Positions 59,711 to 64,000 of a DNA stretch of 64,000 nt are shown here, one piece after another; position 1 is the stretch's first letter, and the number at the start of each line of letters is the position of its first letter. The position numbers and the translations under genes are program-made. The notes beneath the pieces were generated by a model, which searched no databases, had not been told where the DNA came from, and saw nothing but the letters and a program-made list of their open reading frames with translations. Source of the DNA: Archangium sp. (lineage in GTDB: Bacteria > Myxococcota > Myxococcia > Myxococcales > Myxococcaceae); assembly GCA_031367385.1 (NCBI GenBank), contig JANLPS010000373.1, forward strand, positions 1 through 64,000, given 5' to 3'.

Positions 59711-62463
59711 TCACCGGGCCGGGTGGTCGCCGAGCCAGCCGCGCACTCGTGCCGTACGGCCGTTGGTGTCGCCTTCAACGGTGGCGAGATCGCTCAAGGC
59801 CTGCTCGGCCAGTGAGCGCGCGGTTTTCGTGTCGCCGCGCTGCCAGTGAAGCTCGGCCAGCGCCAGATGCGCACGCGAGAGATCATCGTTGCTCCCGAGG
59901 GTGAGCAAGCCTTGCATCGCCGCGCTGATTCGGGCCTCGGCCTCTGCGTACCTGCGAAGGTCGAGCAGCGCCAACCCCTGACCGAGTTGCTGCACCGGCC
60001 CCAGGGTCGACTCCAATTTGGTCGCCAGGGCGCTCGCGCGGGTGAAGGCTTTGAGCGCCTCTTCTGGTCGGTGAGTGAGCAGATAGAACTCTCCGAACAG
60101 CGACGAGGTCTCGAAGACGACGGTGCCCTCGGGCGCCACCCGATCGGCGATGTCGAGCGACTCTCTGAGGGCCCGCTCGGCTTCGTCGTAGCGGCCCAAC
60201 TGCGCCAGCGCGAGGCCCTTCGAGCCCATGACCTCGGCGAACAAGGTGTGCTCGTGCCCCAACACTTCGAGGCGCGTCGCGATCGCTTGATCAGCCATCG
60301 CCAAGGCCTGCTCGGGGGCGTGGAGCGAGAGGTACATGTTCGCGAGGTTCGCCTGGCTGAAGGCAACATCGGGGTGATGCGGGCCCACACGCTGAATCAG
60401 AAGCGCCACTGATTTCAAGCCTTCATCGCGCGCGCGGTAGGTGTGGTGAAGCGCCAGATCTGCCAGGGCCACGTTGTCGTTCAGGTCGGAGATCAGCTCA
60501 ATCGAGTCGGGGATGGAGCGCTCCGCGATCTCCAAGCCCCGCCGGTACGATTCGGCAGCCATCTCGGCGTTGCCCCGCACGAGATACACGTTGCCGCGAA
60601 TCACTTCGAGCTTCGCCGCCGAGTACGCGTTGTCTTTGATTCGGCTCAGCATGTTCTCAGCCAGCCGGCAGTAGGTCAGCAGCTGCTCGAGGGGTTCGCC
60701 GGTCTCGATGCCGAGGCTCGCCAGGCCAACGGTGCCGAAGAACCGAATCTGATCATCGCCCGCGAGCTCTGAAAGCCGCACGGTCTCGAACACCAGGTCT
60801 CGAATCACGGAGTAGTGGCCGAGCCGGCCGTTGAGTTGAATCAGCCAGCGGGTAGCCGCTGCTTGCAACGGGGCGTACCCGAGCTCGTTGGCGTCGGCGG
60901 CCACCTTCTCCATCGCCGCGAGCGCGTCTTGATAGCGACCCACGCCGATGAGCGAGGTGGCCTCGGCGAGCCGATGCTGCACGAGCTCGATTCGGCGTCG
61001 CTGATCAGCGTTCTTCGGCAGCGGCATTCGGCGCTCGAGCGCGGCGATGTCGGAGCACTGGCTCAACACCGTCAAGCTGCTCATCGCCTTCGGCGCGGCT
61101 TTCACGGTGTTGGCGTCGGCATTGATCAGTAGGTCGGTCAGCGAACGCAGCTCATCGAGGCGGTCGTTCAGGCAGCGCATGCGCAAGGTCAACACCGCAT
61201 CGGTCTGCACGCCCGTGACCCAGGTCGCCTCGCAGGCCTCGGTGTGCTGCGCGACCCACTGCCGCGCATAGACATCGAGCGAGCCGCGAACCGTGCGCCA
61301 CACATCGTTCGCATACGGTATGCCCGACTTCTCGAACGCCTCGGTGATCGCCCGTTTGCGTGGCTCGTCCCACAGGCCGGCGAGCTTGCTTTCGGCCGCG
61401 GTGCATCGCTGGGTGTGGCGTTGAAACGCGGTCACCGCACCCACACCCAGGGCAATGAGAGCCATCGCCACCCCCGAGCCCCGAGCCCGCGAGCCCGCGA
61501 GCCCGCGAGCCACCGTCTGCGCCGTTGCGTCGGGTCTTTCGACAGCGCCTCGAGCAGCGAGTCGAGCGAGTCGAAACGCGAAGCCGGCGCGGTGCTCAAC
61601 CCACGCACCAGCACTCGATGCACCCAGGCCGGCACCCGCGCACCGGCCGGAGGGGCCTCGAGCTCGCCCGCCTTCACCGCCTTCACCAAGGAAACGACAT
61701 CGTCATGGCAAAACGCGGGCTGGCCGTAGAGCGACCGGTAGAGCGAGACGCAGAAGCTGAATTGATCAGTCTTCTCATTGGCCGGGCTGCCATCGAACTG
61801 CTCGGGGGCCATGTACCCTGGCGTGCCCAACACCGTCGCGGCGTGGGTCAGGTGCGTCGAGAGCAGGCTGTTCTTTGCGGCCGAGAAAGCCTCGACGGGC
61901 TCCTCGCTCACCGTCGCCCGGGCAAGCCCAAGATCAGAGACGTGCACGTCACCCGCGAGGCCGATCAGCACGTTGTCGGGCTTGAAGTCGCGGTGAACGA
62001 GGCCCGCGTGATGCGCGGCGGCCAGGCCCCGGCCGGCCTCGAGGTAGACTGCGATGATCTCCTGCCACGAGCGTTGCTTCGCCCTGACCCACTGGGTGGC
62101 GGTGGTGCCGTTGATCAGCTCCATCGCCAAGAAGACCCGGCCCTCGACGACGCCCACGTCGTAGATCGCGACCACGTTCGGGTGCGAGAGCTTGGCCATC
62201 GCCTGGGCTTCACGAATCAACCGGGTCTGCGCGTCAGTGCCCGCGGCGGGGCTGCGCACCAACTTGAGCGCGACCCTGCGATCGAGCTCGGGGTCGATGG
62301 CGGCGTACACCTCGCCCATGCCCCCGGCGCCGAGCACGTCGAGCACCACGTAGCGCCCGAGCACGCTGCCCCGCTTGAGCGGCGGGTCGACGTGAAGCGC
62401 CACCGGCGGGCCGACCTCCGCGGTGACGTCGGTGATGGGGTTCGGGGGTTCGGGCAGGGGCAT
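59711..62463 (-). pseudogene. Ser/Thr kinase-TM-TPR protein split by a frameshift in a short repeat tract
   Basis: Kinase ORF (62463-61432) and TM/TPR ORF (61513-59711) overlap at GCTCGCGG x3 + GCTCGGG x2; one copy of each would read RRWLAGSGVAMALIALG in frame. Confidence 0.85.
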
Positions 62464-62614
62464 GCGACACCGTGATTTCGCTTTTGTAAAATTGTGCCAC
62501 GGGCCGTGAAGCACCGATACTTCGCGTCGTGACGATGATTCTCGTGCCGCCCACGCCCGTTGCTCGCGAAGACCGCCTCACCCTGCTAGCCCTCTTCGAG
62601 AAGGGTGAGCGCCG

Positions 62615-63709
62615 ATGATCTCGCTGTCACGGTTTTATGCGCGCGCGTTCGGGTTGGCGACGGCAGCGGTGTTGGGGTTCTTGTTGTTGCTGGTGCTCAA
62701 GCCGTTCGCGGCGCCGATTCTCTGGGCGGCGTTGCTGGCGTTCATGCTGCAGCCGCTCAACCATCGATTGATCACCCGATGGCAGCGGCCCGGGCTCGCT
62801 GCGGGGCTGGTGACGGCGTTGATCTCCGTCGTCACCATCGGCCCGGTGGGGGTCTTTCTCTTCGCCTTCGTGCGGCAAGCCACCGAGCTGCTGTTTCGAT
62901 TTCAGGCCGAAGCCGAGGGCCGAAAGCTGCCCGCGCTGCAGCTGGTGCTCGAGCTGGGCCCGGTGCAGAAGCTGCTGGCCTCGGTCGAAGAGTTCACCAG
63001 CCTCTCGAAGGCGCAGATCGTCGATCAGGCCACCTCGGCCGCGCAATCGGTGCTGCAGCAGGTGGCTGCGCTCGGCAGCACCGTGGTGTTCGGGTTGTTC
63101 ACCGTGGTGAGCCAGTTCGCGCTGACGATGTTCTTGCTGTTCTTTTTCGTGCGAGACGGCCGGCAAATGCTCGAGGTGGGCTTGGCGCTGGTGCCGATGT
63201 CGAGCGAGCGAAAAGAAGATCTGGCGAAGACCCTTGGAGGGGTGACGCGCGGCGTGGTGCTCGGCACGTTGGTCACCGCGGTGGTGCAGGGCACGCTCAT
63301 CGGCCTCGGGTTCGCGATCGCCGGTTTGCCTTCGCCATTGGTCTTCGGCGCAGTCGGAGCGTTGGCCTCCCTCATACCCGTCGTGGGCACGTCGCTGGTG
63401 TGGGTGCCGGCGTGCATCTCGCTGGTCGCCACGGGCCAGACCGGGTGGGCCGTCTTTCTGTTGATCTGGAGCGTCGTGCTGGTGGCTGGCTCCGACAACG
63501 TGATTCGCCCGCTGGTGGTCAGCAGCTCGTCGAACGTCTCGACCCTGCTGGTCTTCGTCGGCGTTCTGGGCGGCGTCAGCGCCTTCAACTTCGCCGGGCT
63601 GTTCGCCGGGCCGGTGCTCTTGACCCTGGTAGCGGCGTTGCTCCGGTTTGCGCGCGAAAACAGGGGCCGGGTGTCCCTGAGTGAGCTTATTGAAGATATA
63701 ACTATTTGA
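62615..63709 (+). CDS. AI-2E family transporter
   Basis: PF..PILWA..LA..LQP, FFFVRDG, LIPVVGT, DNVIRP, GVLGG..AF...GLFAGP. Confidence 0.93.
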   Translation: MISLSRFYARAFGLATAAVLGFLLLLVLKPFAAPILWAALLAFMLQPLNHRLITRWQRPGLAAGLVTALISVVTIGPVGVFLFAFVRQATELLFRFQAEAEGRKLPALQLVLELGPVQKLLASVEEFTSLSKAQIVDQATSAAQSVLQQVAALGSTVVFGLFTVVSQFALTMFLLFFFVRDGRQMLEVGLALVPMSSERKEDLAKTLGGVTRGVVLGTLVTAVVQGTLIGLGFAIAGLPSPLVFGAVGALASLIPVVGTSLVWVPACISLVATGQTGWAVFLLIWSVVLVAGSDNVIRPLVVSSSSNVSTLLVFVGVLGGVSAFNFAGLFAGPVLLTLVAALLRFARENRGRVSLSELIEDITI

Positions 63710-63843
63710 TATTACTACGTCAAAGTTGCGTGATGAGTGAATGAGAAACTGTGTGACACCTTTTTCTGCCGCGCTGCGCAACTCGCCCCGAGACGGCCCC
63801 GACAATTCAAGCTCCAGCCCCAGTCGTCGACCGAGGTGTTGCC

Positions 63844-64000
63844 ATGACCATCAAATTCGTCACCAAGCCGCCGACGCAGCCGAGCAGCACCCTCGCAGAA
63901 GAGAAGGGCTCGTTTTACGTGAGCGCAACCTCTGCTCACGAGACCGCGAGCCCGGCCGTCAAAGCCTGGCTGCCCTACGTCGATGGCCGTTCATCGCCCC
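63844..64000 (+). CDS. Hypothetical protein, partial at window end
   Basis: GAGGTG RBS then ATG; MTIKFVTKPPTQPSSTLAEEKGSFYV... open to the edge. Confidence 0.55.
   Translation, partial: MTIKFVTKPPTQPSSTLAEEKGSFYVSATSAHETASPAVKAWLPYVDGRSSP

Noticed and set aside
62480..62500. Sigma54 promoter (TGGCAC on the minus strand)
   Set aside because: No GC at the -12 position after GG-N10.
63684..63730. dif (XerCD) site
   Set aside because: Only a weak match to one arm, with no correctly spaced second arm.

Overview
High-GC bacterial DNA with a typical myxobacterial (Myxococcota) gene repertoire: MYXO-CTERM protein, FHA-sigma54 activator, three Ser/Thr kinases, Cys-rich and 'DAG'-linker lipoproteins. 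About 50 intact CDS are supported. No rRNA, tRNA or CRISPR array was found. The window opens on the left end of an ISAs1-family IS. Highlights: (1) a full-length class I lanthipeptide pair lanB-lanC with no visible precursor, transporter or protease, whose LanC has a CCG instead of CHG motif and lacks the usual Asp; (2) two lipoprotein-type extracellular PHB depolymerases sharing an upstream CATGAA-N7-TCAT motif, one divergent from a lipoprotein / outer-membrane barrel / esterase operon (candidate polyester-scavenging locus), where the lipoprotein appears circularly permuted; (3) a four-copy ~110 bp tandem repeat between a kinase and an FHA-sigma54 activator; (4) a kinase-TPR gene frameshifted in a short repeat tract; (5) several 'skeleton' pseudogenes that keep both ends but lost internal blocks; (6) an ECF sigma paired with a thioredoxin-fold anti-sigma candidate. 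All family assignments come from motif recognition by eye; no searches were run.
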